A stretch of DNA of 52,496 nucleotides from an uncultured Candidatus Peribacteria bacterium (GCA_964494005.1 CAZBQE010000001.1:8126-60621), one strand, 5' to 3'; shown: positions 1-11,465, counted from the first letter of the stretch. Translations and numbers: made by a program. The notes: generated by a model not told the origin, from the letters alone.

Positions 1-171
1 CAAGATCCGGAGAAAACCGAAGAAGCTACTCCAAAGCGAAAACAGGAGGCTCGTAAAAAAGGACAGGCCCCCCGAAGCACGGAATTAAATTCTGTAGTAG
101 TCTTATTAGCCCTTTTTGTAATCTTGAATTTTCTGGGCAAGTGCATATACAATAAATACCTTATTTTATAG
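1..171 (+). pseudogene. FlhB/YscU-type export-gate protein, N-terminal fragment only (enters from the window edge, stops at TAG 169-171)
   Basis: Frame 1 reads QDPEKTEEATPKRKQEARKKGQAPRSTELNSVVVLLALFVILNFLG. This matches the canonical FlhB cytoplasmic N-terminus plus first TM, then diverges and terminates after 56 codons. The segment is visibly GC-richer than the rest. Two CGA codons lie where FlhB has conserved Arg (TPKR, APRS), unlike the rest of the window. Confidence 0.4.
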
Positions 172-183
172 TTATTTCAAACA

Positions 184-2832
184 ATGGCGAACGCTTATCA
201 GCACCAGGAAGTAGAAGCGAAACGGGAGAAATTCCGAGAAGAAAATAAATGCTTCGCAGCCACACTAGATCCTAATAAACCCAATTATAGTATTGTCATC
301 CCACCTCCGAACGTCACCGGAATGCTCCACATGGGACATGTCTTGAATAATAGTATTCAGGATGTTTTGGTGAGACGAAAAAGGATGAGTGGTTACAATA
401 CACTTTGGATGCCAGGAACCGATCATGCAGGTATTGCTACCCAAAATAAGGTAGAGAGAAAACTTGCTGATGAAGGAAAAACAAAAGAGGATTTGGGAAG
501 AGAAGAATTTATCAAGCAGACTTGGGAACGAAAAGAAAAACACGGAGGAATCATAACTTCCCAACTGAGAAAACTCGGAGCTTCTCTTGATCGAGATAGA
601 GAAAGATTTACGATGGACGAAGGACTTTCCCATGCTGTCAAAGAGATTTTCATCAAACTCTACAATGATAATCTGATTTACCAAGGAGAATATATGGTCA
701 ATCGATGTCCTAGGTGTGGAACAGCATTAGCAGACGATGAAGTGGAACACGAAGACGAAGAAGGATTTTTTCGAGAAATAAAATATCCCATCGTAGGGAC
801 TAATGATTTTGTCACTTTGGCAACAACGAGACCAGAAACGATGCTTGGGGATACCGGTATTGCAGTCAATCCAAACGATCCAAGATATAAAGATTTAGTT
901 GGTAAAAAAGTTTTATTACCATTAGTAAACAAAGAAATTCCAGTAGTAGCAGACGAATATGTAGATATGGAATTCTGAACCGGAGTGGTAAAAATGACGC
1001 CAGCGCATGATCCAAATGATTATGAAGTAGGAAAAAGAACAGGACTTGTAATTCTCAATATCTTCACTTCTGACGGAAAGATCAACGAAAATGGAGGTCA
1101 ATATGCAGGAATGGATAGATTCGAAGCAAGAAAAAAGATTGTAGAAGATTTGAAAGCAGGATGATTTTTATGAACTATCAAAAAACATACACATGCGGTT
1201 GGACATTGTTATAGATGTTCAACTATCGTCGAGCCAAGAATTTCCAAACAACGATTTGTTAAAATGGCGCCATTGGCACAACCCGCTATCGAAGTAGTAA
1301 AAAGCGGTAAGATTACTATTCAACCAAAGAGATGGGAAAAAGTATATTATCATCGATTAGAAAATATCAGAGATCGATGTATCTCAAGGCAGATTCGACG
1401 AGGACATAGAATCCCGGCTCGATACGGACCAGATAATCAAGTGTTTGTTGCTCATGATGAGACCGAAGCGCAAGCGCAGGCCGATAAGCATTATGGTAAG
1501 ACTGTAGAATTAAATCAGGAACAGGATGTATTAGATACACGATTCAGCTCTGCATTACGGCCATTTTCAACGATGGGTCGACCGGAAAAAATCAAAGAAC
1601 TTGAAATGTTCTATCCGACAAATGTATTAGTCACCGCAGCGGATATTATTTTTTTCCGGGTAGCGAGAATGATTATGATGGGTATGTACGAGATGAAAGA
1701 GATCCCGTTTCACGATGTATTTCTTCACGGAATTGTGAGAGATGAGCAAGGCAGGAAGATGTCCAAATCCCTAGGTAATTCTCCTGATCCATTAGATTTG
1801 ATTAAGGATTACGGAGCAGACGCCATCAGATTTACAATGATCTACAATACCTCTCAAGGACAGGATGTTCACTTCTCTGATAAGCTTTTGGAGATGGGAA
1901 GAAACTTCGCCAACAAAGTTCGAAATGCAAGCAATTTCGTACTCATGAACTTGGAAGGATTTGATCATACGCAAGTAAATCCAGCTGAATTGAAAATTGA
2001 GCTTGTAGACAATCGAATATATTCTAGACTCTATTCCACGATCCAAACCGTCAATGAAAAATTAGACAAATATATTCTCGATGAAGCTGCCAAAACCGTT
2101 TATGAATTTATCAAATGAGACTTCTGTGATTGGTATGTAGAGATGGCAAAAGTTAGATTGTACAACAACGAAGATGAACAAAGCAAAAATACTGCACAAT
2201 ATATTTTACGAGATGTCCTTGAACAATCATTGAGATTACTTCATCCATTTATGCCGTTTGTGACTGAGGAATGTCGACAACAACTCGGTACCAGCAAGAA
2301 GACAATTATGCTCGAAGACTATCCAAAACTCGACGCAAAAAAGATTTCCGCAGATATCGAATCGGCTATGAATTATATCCAGGAAATTACGATCTCTATC
2401 AGAAATATTAGAGCTGAAGCCAATGTTTCGCCAGCGAAAAATGTTACTGCGTTAGTCAAATCAGTAGATAAAAATGAATTAAAAATTATCGAAGAAAACA
2501 AATGATTTATCATGAAACTTGCAAAACTTGATACGCTTGAGTATGCAAAAGATATAACTAAACCTGATTTAGCAGGATTTAGAGTGGTATGAAAATCGGA
2601 GATCTATATCCCGTTGGCAGGATTGCTCGATGTCGAAGCAGAATCCAAAAAAATAAATGATCAGATAGAAAAACTTGAACAATGACTTACTTCATGCAAA
2701 AGAAAATTAGCAGATGAGACCTTTATTTCCAAGGCACCAGCACAAGTCATCGAAAGAGAAAAAAATAATGAAGCAGATTATCTCGACAAGATAGAAAAAT
2801 TAAAAAAGAATTTGGAATTACTTAAACAATAA
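184..2832 (+). CDS. valS: valine--tRNA ligase
   Basis: One frame-1 reading through 7 in-frame TGA joins track ORFs 184-978, 1264-2118 and 2143-2505. Motifs: HIGH-type GMLHMGH, KMSKS ([14 protein letters not shown]), EF-[TGA][15 protein letters not shown], and a C-terminal coiled coil. True stop is TAA at 2830. Confidence 0.97.
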
Positions 2833-2833
2833 T

Positions 2834-2912
2834 GGAGAATTGAGAATGGAAAATTGAAAAATTAATCTTTCCATCTTTCAATCTTTCCATTCTTTCAATC
2901 TTTCAATCATTC
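2834..2912. repeat. heptad-periodic imperfect palindrome (GAGAATT/GAAAATT words facing TTTCAAT/TTTCCAT words)
   Basis: The left arm ggagaattgagaatggaaaattgaaaaatt faces the right arm aatctttccatctttcaatctttccattctttcaatctttcaat. It fills the valS-femAB spacer. Confidence 0.7.
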
Positions 2913-2916
2913 TTGT

Positions 2917-3906
2917 ATGAAAAGTCTTTATCAATCTCAGCTTCGAAAGGATATCCAGCACGAAATCTATCGTAAACCGATGTTTACGGTGGAGCTTTTT
3001 GGTAAAAAATATTTCTGATCTATCAAAGAAAAAAAAATCTGACCCTTCAATTTGAGTCGATATCAGATCATGGGGATCGAACTTCCCGACGACGAAAAAT
3101 ATGTCCAAAAAGAAATAACACACCTCAAAAAAACATTCAGAAAAAAATGAATATTTCTGCAATTAGGAATCATCAACGAGATCGTTTGTTTCGAGAATAG
3201 TATGAAAAGATGATCTGAATTTGATCAGGATATGTATGATTTTAGACTAGGACTACAAAACATACTTCATCGTAATTACGGCTTCAAAACTGCTTTCCGT
3301 GAGAATATGCCGACTGCCACTATTGTTTATGACACCACAAAATCTGACGAAGATTTACTCAAAGATATGAACGAAAGCTGTCGCAAACGTACCAAAAAAG
3401 CCATCGCTTGATGAATGCAGTATCGCATCATCGACAAAAAAGATTACGAAACATTTTTTGCTAAACGACAAAAAACCGCAGATAGTAAGGGTTTCAACAC
3501 GATTTCCAAAAAACAGTACGAGTGACTTGTAAAATATATCGAACAAGGAAAATGAATGTTGATCGGCGCATTTCTCGACGACGAAATGATCGCAGGGACA
3601 ATTTGTTTATTCACGGACAAAATGATTTACTGTCCGTACGGATTTTTTGATAGAAAATTTAGCAATATCTGAGTCCAACATTTTCTCAAGTTCAAGCTCT
3701 TTTCACGAGCGAGAGACAACGGATTCACTTCAGTCGATACCGGTGGAGGAGCACCGACAGGATTTCCTAAACACGAACTCGCAAGTGTTAGCACATTCAA
3801 AGAATCGCTCGGCGGAACCAAAAGTGAACTTTACGGAAGTTACGACATAGTCTTACATAGCTTTCTTTACTGGGCAATTAAATTGCGGTACAAGCTAAAG
3901 GGGTAA
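2917..3906 (+). CDS. FemAB-family peptidoglycan interpeptide-bridge aminoacyltransferase
   Basis: Frame 1 is continuous through several TGA. It starts MKSLYQSQLWKDIQ and contains FLQLGIINEIV, GMLIGAFLDDEMIAGTICLF and GGGAPTGFPKHELASVSTFKESLGG, typical of FemAB/GNAT-fold bridge transferases. Stop is TAA at 3904. Confidence 0.75.
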
Positions 3907-3960
3907 ACACACCGGGTGAGGTGGTCACCAAAGTTGCGAAAAAAGCTGAATTACACAGAT

Positions 3961-3988
3961 TTCCACCCGGGTGGATATTTTTTTTTAC
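3961..3988 (+). terminator. rho-independent terminator
   Basis: A perfect palindrome CCACCCGGGTGG is followed by a T-run just downstream of the FemAB-family gene. Confidence 0.55.
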
Positions 3989-4086
3989 ATTTGTCAACTT
4001 AAAATAGCGATAAGGAAGGTATATTTTATGCTTTTGGATGTATTCTGTCTATAATAGTACTGTGAGCTTTTATTTAGTATCAATCG

Positions 4087-5514
4087 ATGGAAAAAGAAAA
4101 ACTTCAACAGAACTCACAGGAAATTAATCCGAATGTTGTAGGTTCATCAGAATCTAATTTTTCCGATACCAAAAATTTAAATCTCAATGATTTGGAAAAT
4201 CAAGCACCACAGGAAAGTCTTATTTCCCAGCTTAATGCGGAAGAATCAAAAGTGATTCCTGTAGATGATGTAAAGATAGAAAACCTTGGACTTCAAACCA
4301 AAGAAATTCAGGAAGCTAAAGGAGAAAAAGTTGTACTCGGAGAAAGCGGCGCTATTGGAGGAATTACGAGATCCAGATATCATAACAATTATCGAAGATT
4401 ATTCTTGATTTCATTTTTTGTTATTCTCGTGAGCGGAATCGCTTCTGTTGCACTTCGTCTGTATAGCCGTTATATTTATTTCGCAGCGCAGCCGATTGTC
4501 GATGAAACCTATCAGACTTATATAGATACCTACAAACAAGGACAACAATTTATAGATAAAACTTTGAATCTGACGAATTATCAACAATATCGTTCCTTAT
4601 CGCTGACTCAGGAAAATATCGACACGGTGATGGCGGACAAAAGTTTGAGTTATATTCAAAAAAAAGATATTTTACAACAGGCACTTAATTGATTTTCAGA
4701 GGGATTTATAGAAAAATCACAACAATTGAGTACCATCAAAGAAAGTATTTCCAAATACGGATTTTTTTCAGAAGAGCTCTATAATTTACTTGAAAACGAG
4801 AGTTATTCAACCTCAATAAAAAAATATCTTCTTTCGTTGGAAATTATCAAATTCAGTAGTGCGATCAAGGTGTTTAGTTATTTAGACACGTTTGTTTCCA
4901 GTTTAGCAAATGCGCTTAGCGTGCCGACTTCTACAGTACAATCATTGATGGAGACTTTTGCTAACAGAGGAGAGAAGGATATTCTTGTCTATTTAAATAA
5001 CTGTTATCTCAATCCATATGAAATCGATTATGACTGTAATATGGTCGGCGATTTCGATAGATATTATGACTTGGTCGATAAAAAAGAACCGAGACCGGAT
5101 ACTAATTTTTTTAAGAAGATGATGTACTACGTAGATAATAAATTGGAGCAGACCGATTTACCGAGTTTCTCCATTACCTTCAAAAGATACGATCCGACAC
5201 AGAAAGAAATCAGTTTTACTGTCGACGTAAATACTTTCAAGCAGGATGAGATTGCGTTGATCAAACAATGAATCATCAATCCGCACATCTTTATTCTCAG
5301 TAATCTTCTAAATTTAATTAAACAGAGCGTATTCGTTGTTTCTGAAAATATCGATGCAAAGTCCATCAAGATAGAACCGAAAGTAATCAAGATAGGAAGT
5401 TCAGTCTTTAATGTAAATAATTCGACATTGGATTTTGTATTGCCGATACAGAAATGATCGGAAAGAGAGATTAGCGATTATATAGATCCGATTTTTACTT
5501 CTTCAGAGGAATAG
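4087..5514 (+). CDS. hypothetical membrane-anchored protein (475 aa, single TM)
   Basis: Track ORFs 4087-4692 and 4726-5271 are in the same frame and joined through TGA at 4690, 5269 and 5455. There is one hydrophobic span, LFLISFFVILVSGIASVALRLY. Stop is TAG at 5512. Confidence 0.7.
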
Positions 5515-5517
5515 GAA

Positions 5518-7077
5518 ATGGTAGAACAAATACCACAGACTACACCAGCACAAACACAACAGCATATACCTGTGCAAATGCAAGTACAACCAAAAAGTCA
5601 GAAGGTTATGAAAGTAGATCTGCAGCAGATAAAATCTTTTCTCGATGTTGCAAAAAAATATCTCGGAAGTGTATATAATTTTTTCAAAGATAACAAAAAC
5701 AATAGCAAAGTGATGCTTTTTTTGGCAATAATTACATTTGGTATCGCGGTGTATTTCGGTATTCAGCTGTATAATAATATCATGTATCTTAAACACAAGA
5801 CGCCAGAACTTGCTGCGATCAAAAGTTATGATGTTCGTGAGTTGCAGGATAATGAATTAACAAAAGATATTATCAAGACTTCAAATGTTTTGAGTGATCT
5901 TTTGGAAGAGGATGCATTGATTGGATGAGAAACAGAAAAATATACTGATTACTTACAATCACTCCAGATACCATACACGTATCTTCTTCAATATATCTAT
6001 CTCCCTTCTCTCAACGTATGGAAAGAAAAATATACCAACAAGATCGATACCAATTTGATTGGATTGAATTTCTTGGAAAAGAATCCGTACAATGATATTA
6101 CTTTGTTGCAGAGGCGAGGGGATTTTTTCAAAAATTTATGAGACAATAATGAATACAATGATGTACTTGATATGCAGATTGGCGATTTCGTGGAAGATGA
6201 ACAAGGATTTTTTAGTATGCCGATCACGGTCTCTTTTCAGGCAAATTCGAAACGTGCATTTCTTTTGCTCTCTGATAAACTTTCTATAATGTCAAATAAG
6301 GAAAATATTTCATTGATCAATGAATTCTTCTATTATCTTTGGAATGAAATCAAGCAAGACAAGGAAGAAGCCATCAAAAATTTGGAAGAGGAATACACAG
6401 AGGAGTTTGGAACTGGTGAAATAATCAATCAAGATAAAGTAATTGGCTATCATTTGTACAATTGGATTTTTAATGATGGTAAGAATACACTTATCGACGA
6501 TACTATCATAGACAGGACTATCAAGAGCATTATCTCCTGTAGCAATGAAACCGATGAAGTGTGTTATTACAAATTTAGGGAAAGATATAGAAATATTCCG
6601 AGTTTCGGATATCTGATCGGAACAGATTTTGGTAGCAATGGCGCAGAAAATCTCAAAAAATTTGTACAACAACTTACACCAATTTTCTCTATCAAGACAT
6701 TTGAATTCGATAAGATAAAAGCGCCTACGCTTTCCAACGTAAGCAATAGTAATTACAAAGGGACCGTTACTATTATTGTATACGGAAGAAGTGCTTCTGC
6801 TGAAGAAGTGAAAGAGATTGCATGAGCGTTAGGAAATAAATGTTTATGAGAAGATAAAGCGTTAACGATACAAGATTGACTTAATCTTATCCAATCAGCT
6901 ATTGTGAGATTATCTGATCTTAGTAAAGTAGATAAAAGCTATGGTGATAATCTCTGGGAACTGAAGGAAATTATAGAGGAACTAGATAGTACATATCCAG
7001 ATCTCAGCAATTACAAAAAAACTATAAAGCTGTTTGAGCTTTATAGAATGCTTTCTGACGCAGGACTCTGTAAATAA
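5518..7077 (+). CDS. hypothetical membrane-anchored protein (519 aa, single TM)
   Basis: Track ORFs 5518-5928 and 6172-6825 are in the same frame and joined through TGA. It starts 4 nt after the previous stop. The TM is VMLFLAIITFGIAVYFGIQLY. Stop is TAA at 7075. Confidence 0.7.
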
Positions 7078-7080
7078 CCT

Positions 7081-7164
7081 AACAATTAACAGTGAATAAC
7101 GAACAATGTATGAATTTTTTTTATATTTTTCTATAGTTGTTAGTTATTAGTTGTAAGTTGTTAG
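7081..7164. repeat. heptad-periodic imperfect palindrome (AACAATT/GAATAAC words facing GTTGTTA/GTTATTA words)
   Basis: The arm aacaattaacagtgaataacgaacaatg faces ctatagttgttagttattagttgtaagttgttag. It lies between convergent genes, and the right arm overlaps the YebC stop codon. Confidence 0.7.
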
Positions 7165-7907
7165 CTGGAAAGGTTGTGCCATACTTGATCAATATCTTCA
7201 TCTTCTTCGAGCGCATCCAATGGTCTATAGAGTTTTTGGGTGTTTTCTTCGTTCAATTTTACCGTGTTTTCAGGGAAGAATTGGATATCCGCTTCCGTAG
7301 TGTGATAGTTTTTTAGTCATTCTTGTACTATTGCGAAATTTTTTTTATCACAATAAATTATTACAGAATTCTCTTCCATTTCGATATCGCTGATCGGAAG
7401 TTCCATAGCATATTCTTCGAATTTCTCTGTATTCAACGGTAGGACTTTTTCTACTGTTTTTCCTTTGTCTTGTATTGTTTCTGAAATTCCATCGATAACA
7501 AATACTCCTTGTTCTTTGAATTGCCGAGCAACAGATCCAATAGCTCCCATCGTTCAGCCGTTTTTTTGTATGATATTTTTGATGCTTGTTGAACTTCTGT
7601 TGGTATTCGAAGTTAGTGCTTTGATCAATAACGCGACACCTTCCGGTCCGTATCCTTCGTAAAAAATCTCTTCCAATTGTTCGCCCTCAAGCTGTCCAGA
7701 ACCTTTCAAAATAGCTTTTTCTACAACATCTTTGGGAAGGTTATATTGCTTAGCTTTACTTAAAGCTAGCTCAAGTGATGGATTCATACTTGCATCAGCT
7801 CATTTTCTTGCAGCGATTTGGATAATCTTACCTACTTTTGCGTAGGCTTGTGATTTCTTCGCATCTCATGATGCTTTTCTCGCTGCGATACTATGCCATC
7901 TTCCCAT
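7161..7907 (-). CDS. YebC/PmpR-family DNA-binding regulator
   Basis: MGRWHSIAARKAS-G-DAKKSQAYAKVGKIIQIAARK-G-ADASMNPSLELALSKAKQYNLPKDVVEKAILKGSG matches the YebC N-terminus. It joins track ORFs 7554-7787 and 7317-7550 through TGA. Confidence 0.9.
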
Positions 7908-7932
7908 GGGTGTATAAACTTAATAGTTAAAA

Positions 7933-8553
7933 TTACTTGCTTATAAGTGATCAGAATGATTCGTAGAATTCGTCTATCAGATGAAGTATTTTTTCGTTGT
8001 CTTGTAGTTTATGTATTATTCCATTGATTCTATCGGTATATTCTTTTGAGAGTCAGAGTTCTGTCTGGAATTCCCTTCTCGATATATCATTCGGTCCAGA
8101 GATCGTCTCTTGTTTGATTATTGCATACCATTTGTCTAAACTTTCTTTTCTAATGTTTGTTATCTTCTCATATGGAATGTCATCAAAAAACTTTATGTAT
8201 TCATCTCGATTCTTTACTTTAGGATAGAGATATTGATCTTCCAATAATTTAAGTGCCATTATGAAATCTTCGTCTCCACCAGGTATATATATTCATCTAG
8301 AGACATAAAACTCGTCTCTTATATGATCCACAAGAGAATGAAAATGAAGTCATTTATCAAAACATGTAGTAAGTGATTTTATAGTATTTAAACTAACATT
8401 TTGTATGTGCGTACTTTCTCTAGGTATATCTTTGTCAAAATATCTTATGTCTGGGAGAAGTGTTCATAAGATGAATTCTTTTTTGTCGCAATCGATGAAA
8501 CGCTCTTCGTATATTTTATCAGTCAGTATCATATGCGTTATAGGTGTTGCCAT
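7933..8553 (-). CDS. hypothetical protein (206 aa)
   Basis: Continuous minus-strand frame through 5 TGA, including track ORF 8053-8259. No family recognised. Confidence 0.55.
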
Positions 8554-8575
8554 TACGTAGGACTAATAGGTAAAT

Positions 8576-9007
8576 TTATTTGTTCTCGATAACTTTTTTG
8601 ATGTCTTGAAGCTTATATCATTTTCTCATTAATTTCTGAATACTATCAAATCCATCTACTCATCTTTTTTTGTATGCTGCGATTTCTTTTTTGATTTTTT
8701 GTTCTATACCTCATTGCATATCTGTTTTATATTCTTTGGTTGCTTGTCTGATGATATCTTCAGGAACGCCTTTTTGTCTGAGCTTTTGGATAATTCTGAT
8801 GGCTGGTTTTCCTTTATTGATAATTTCACTTCTGAGATAACTTTCAGTGAATATTTCATCGTTCACAAAGTTTTTTTTCTTTAATTCATTGATAGTTCGA
8901 TCCACATCGCTGGTTGGATATCATTTCATATACAACTGAATCCTCAACTCTTTTTCAGTCTTTGGGAAACGGTTGATATACTTAAGGGCGTAGTCGAAAC
9001 ACTGCAT
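8576..9007 (-). CDS. recX: RecX-family regulator
   Basis: MQCFDYALKYINRFPKTEKELRIQL, NDEIFTESYLRSEI and GKPAIRIIQKLRQKGVPEDII show the repeated RecX helical motif pattern. The frame is continuous through TGA. Confidence 0.65.
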
Positions 9008-9032
9008 AATTTTAAAACAAGAAATGAATGAT

Positions 9033-9124
9033 AATGGTAAATTGTCCTTTGGACGTGTATTCGGACTTCGTCCGTAATTAGCATTTCGTGCGTAATTTTT
9101 TTGTAATTACCAATTATGCGAAGC
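9033..9124. repeat. AATTAC-punctuated mini-hairpin array (inverted copy of part of 33385-33532)
   Basis: The reverse complement reads ctaattacggacgaagtccgaatacacgtccaaaggacaatttaccatt. This is near-identical to gctaattacggacgaagtcctaatatacgttccgcagggataaattaccattt at about 33480. Confidence 0.8.
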
Positions 9125-9127
9125 TTA

Positions 9128-9784
9128 TTAACGTTTTAGTGCAAAATTAATATTCGCTTCATTATTGGTAAATAAAGCTATCACATCGCCTTCAGGATTT
9201 TCTGTAGATATGAATTCGGAGATCAATGCTTCATTCTTGAAAAATTCTTCGAATTCGTTCAGAATATTTTTTAGATATTCATTACTAGCAGAATAGAGTG
9301 CTTTTACTTTGTCATCTACATTGTAGTCGGCCTCTTTTCTCATTTGATTCAAAAATCTGGAAATTTCACGTGCGATACCTTCTCTTTCGAGTTCCGGGGT
9401 GAGTTCAAGATCCAATTTCGCGATGATGTTTTGATCGACAGCCATATTATCTCCTTCTAGTCCTTCATAAGCAATTTCGTATTCATTAGCTTCGAGCGTC
9501 CATTCGTTACCATCGTTGTCAAAGATAATTACTTTTCCTTCGACAGCGTCTTTGATGTTTCCTTGTTTTCCATACTGGATAATTTTCCCTGTATCTTTGC
9601 CGAATTTTGCACTCAATTGCGATCCTATCGGTTTGAATATTTTGCTGATTTTCATAGAATCGTCCATTTCTTCAATCTTTTTTATATTCACTTCTTCTTT
9701 GATGATTTCGCTGTATTTCTTCAGGAGATCTTGTGCTGATGTAGTCATTGATATTCCGAAAAACAATAAAAAAATAGCGACCAT
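9128..9784 (-). CDS. stand-alone homologue of the C-terminal domain of isoleucyl-tRNA synthetase (archaeal/eukaryote-like type)
   Basis: EEVNIKKIEE, KPIGSQLSAKFGKDTGKII, AKLDLELTPELEREGIAREISRFLNQMRKEADYNVDDKV reproduce the IleRS C-terminal tail pattern. There is no catalytic domain upstream (9785-9860 is AT-rich and non-coding). The N-terminus is hydrophobic. Confidence 0.6.
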   Translation of the reverse strand: MVAIFLLFFGISMTTSAQDLLKKYSEIIKEEVNIKKIEEMDDSMKISKIFKPIGSQLSAKFGKDTGKIIQYGKQGNIKDAVEGKVIIFDNDGNEWTLEANEYEIAYEGLEGDNMAVDQNIIAKLDLELTPELEREGIAREISRFLNQMRKEADYNVDDKVKALYSASNEYLKNILNEFEEFFKNEALISEFISTENPEGDVIALFTNNEANINFALKR

Positions 9785-9864
9785 ATATATAGTAATGTTG
9801 TCGAAAAAAGCAACCGGAGTTTTTTATGTATTGAAAATATATAGAGAAAAATTAGGATAATTTT

Positions 9865-9939
9865 GTAGAGACGCGATTCATCGCGTGTAAAAAATGAGAC
9901 GCCACGTGTCCACGAAGGTGGGTAAATGGACGTCTCTAC
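9865..9939. repeat. GTAGAGACG...CGTCTCTAC palindromic dispersed element (about 75 nt)
   Basis: The outer inverted repeat is gtagagacg/cgtctctac, with inner hairpins acgcgattcatcgcgt and ccacgaaggtgg. It is homologous in inverted orientation to 40714-40784. Confidence 0.8.
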
Positions 9940-9966
9940 GTTAAAAATTTACCTCGTAATTTACCT

Positions 9967-10431
9967 ATGCAAATCAATATGATCGCCGCTATGGCGTCCA
10001 ACAGAATTGTCGGCAACAACAACCAGCTTCCTCGACATTATTCTCAGGATCTCCAACATTTCAAAAAAATTACTTCCGGACATATAGTCGTGATGGGCTA
10101 CAATACATTTTTGTCGATCGGAAAACCGCTTCCCAACAGGAGAAATATCGTTCTTTCCAAAGAGCCAATCGAAGGAATAGAAACATTCACGAGTATTGAG
10201 GATATGAAAAAACACCTCGAATTAGAATATATTGATCAGATTTTTATTATCGGATGAGCGAGTATTTATCGTCAATTTCTTCCTATCGCGGACGTCATTT
10301 ACCTCACAGAAATTAAAAAAGCGTATGAAGGAGATACGAGTTTCCCAGAATTTGAGTCTGAATTTGTCGAAGTAGAAAGAACGCCGGATGAGTCAGATGA
10401 AATGGATTTTGTCGTATATAAGAGAAAATAA
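9967..10431 (+). CDS. folA: dihydrofolate reductase
   Basis: MIAAMASNRIVGNNNQLP-[CGA]-HYSQDLQHFKKIT, MGYNTFLSIGKPLPNRRNIVLS and IIG-[TGA]-ASIY match DHFR. The LPWH motif and the GG motif need the recoded codons. Confidence 0.9.
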
Positions 10432-10434
10432 TTA

Positions 10435-11250
10435 TTAGAAGAGCGGTCTCGAATTGGGTTTTTTCTGGATAGTCTCTTTTCTGATAAATTTAGGTTCTTC
10501 GGTATTGTAGATATAAAAGAGGATATTCGGATATTTTTCTGCTAATTTTTGGATGATAAGATTGGTGATAGCTTCGATATTTTTTTTGCTGTCATCACTA
10601 AATCCTATGGTGATATGCCTATTTTTCATAAACGGTTTACCATAATATGTTTGGTAGCTTGAGATACTCTGTTTGATAGTTTTTTCAAAGGCTGCAGCTT
10701 TTTTTTCGTAAGGTGATTTTTTCCCTCGTTTAAAAAGCTTGATCGTTTCCGGATCAGCACATGGGATGTAGAGGTTATTGTTGAGATATTGCTTGATAAG
10801 TATTTCTTGCTGGTTTGCTGAAGAGCGTGTGTGATTGACTATATTGTAGGTGAATTGTTCTCTTTCAGTTTTACTAAGGACGTCATAGATGAATTTTTTA
10901 TGCATATCTTTAAATTCTTCCATGGGATTGCCACGGGCAGTGATAATATGTGTCGGAGATGCTTCTATGGTTGCTGTCTTGAACTTTTCTCGGCTTGGTC
11001 CGTAGGCTTTGTTGCTGATTGCATCGAAAACATCATTGACGAGTTTGCCCGATCATCTGAAATTTCTCATAGAGTTGTTTATATCGTCATGGAATTTGAC
11101 ATGTTCTTTGTCGGCTAATTTTTTTTCAAAATCAGCATTTGGTACTGCTTCTTCTTTCCGTCTTCCATCTGGTTGTTGTACAAGAAGATAGATAGGTGTT
11201 TTGGTGTGGACGATATTTTGGTCGAGATCGAAAACGTAGGATTTGAGCAT
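10435..11250 (-). CDS. HAD-superfamily-like hydrolase (tentative)
   Basis: Track ORFs 11053-11250 and 10435-10923 are joined through TGA at 11053. The N-terminus YVFDLDQNIVHT is DxD-type, and HIITARGNP resembles HAD motif II. Confidence 0.5.
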
Positions 11251-11276
11251 AAAAATATTTTAGCGATAAAAATTTA

Positions 11277-11465
11277 TTATCTTGGATTTTTGTAGATACC
11301 TGCGCCGTATTTGGATCCATACGGGTTGAATGTATTTTTTAGAGAATTGGTTCTGTCAGAAATATTTTCGTTGATACATCAGGTAATCTCTTCTTTGAGT
11401 TGATTAAGTTCTTCACGGGTTTTTTTCTGTTGATCTTCAGGGAGTAGAGAATCAAAATATTCCAT
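11277..11465 (-). CDS. small hypothetical protein (62 aa)
   Basis: ATG-started frame MEYFDSLLPEDQQKKTREELNQLKEEIT-G-CINE with one TGA. The only support is an open frame. Confidence 0.3.

Noticed and set aside
2878-3162. 94-aa minus-strand track ORF
   Set aside because: It is antisense to the 5' part of the FemAB-family gene, which reads through on the plus strand once TGA is decoded.
9865-9939. tRNA-like 75-nt element with paired termini. This was of interest because a novel CGR-decoding tRNA is expected somewhere in the genome.
   Set aside because: There is no T-arm (GTTCRANNC) or D-arm consensus, and the internal hairpins do not give a cloverleaf. The inverted homologue at 40714-40784 differs by an internal indel of about 18 nt, which a tRNA would not tolerate.
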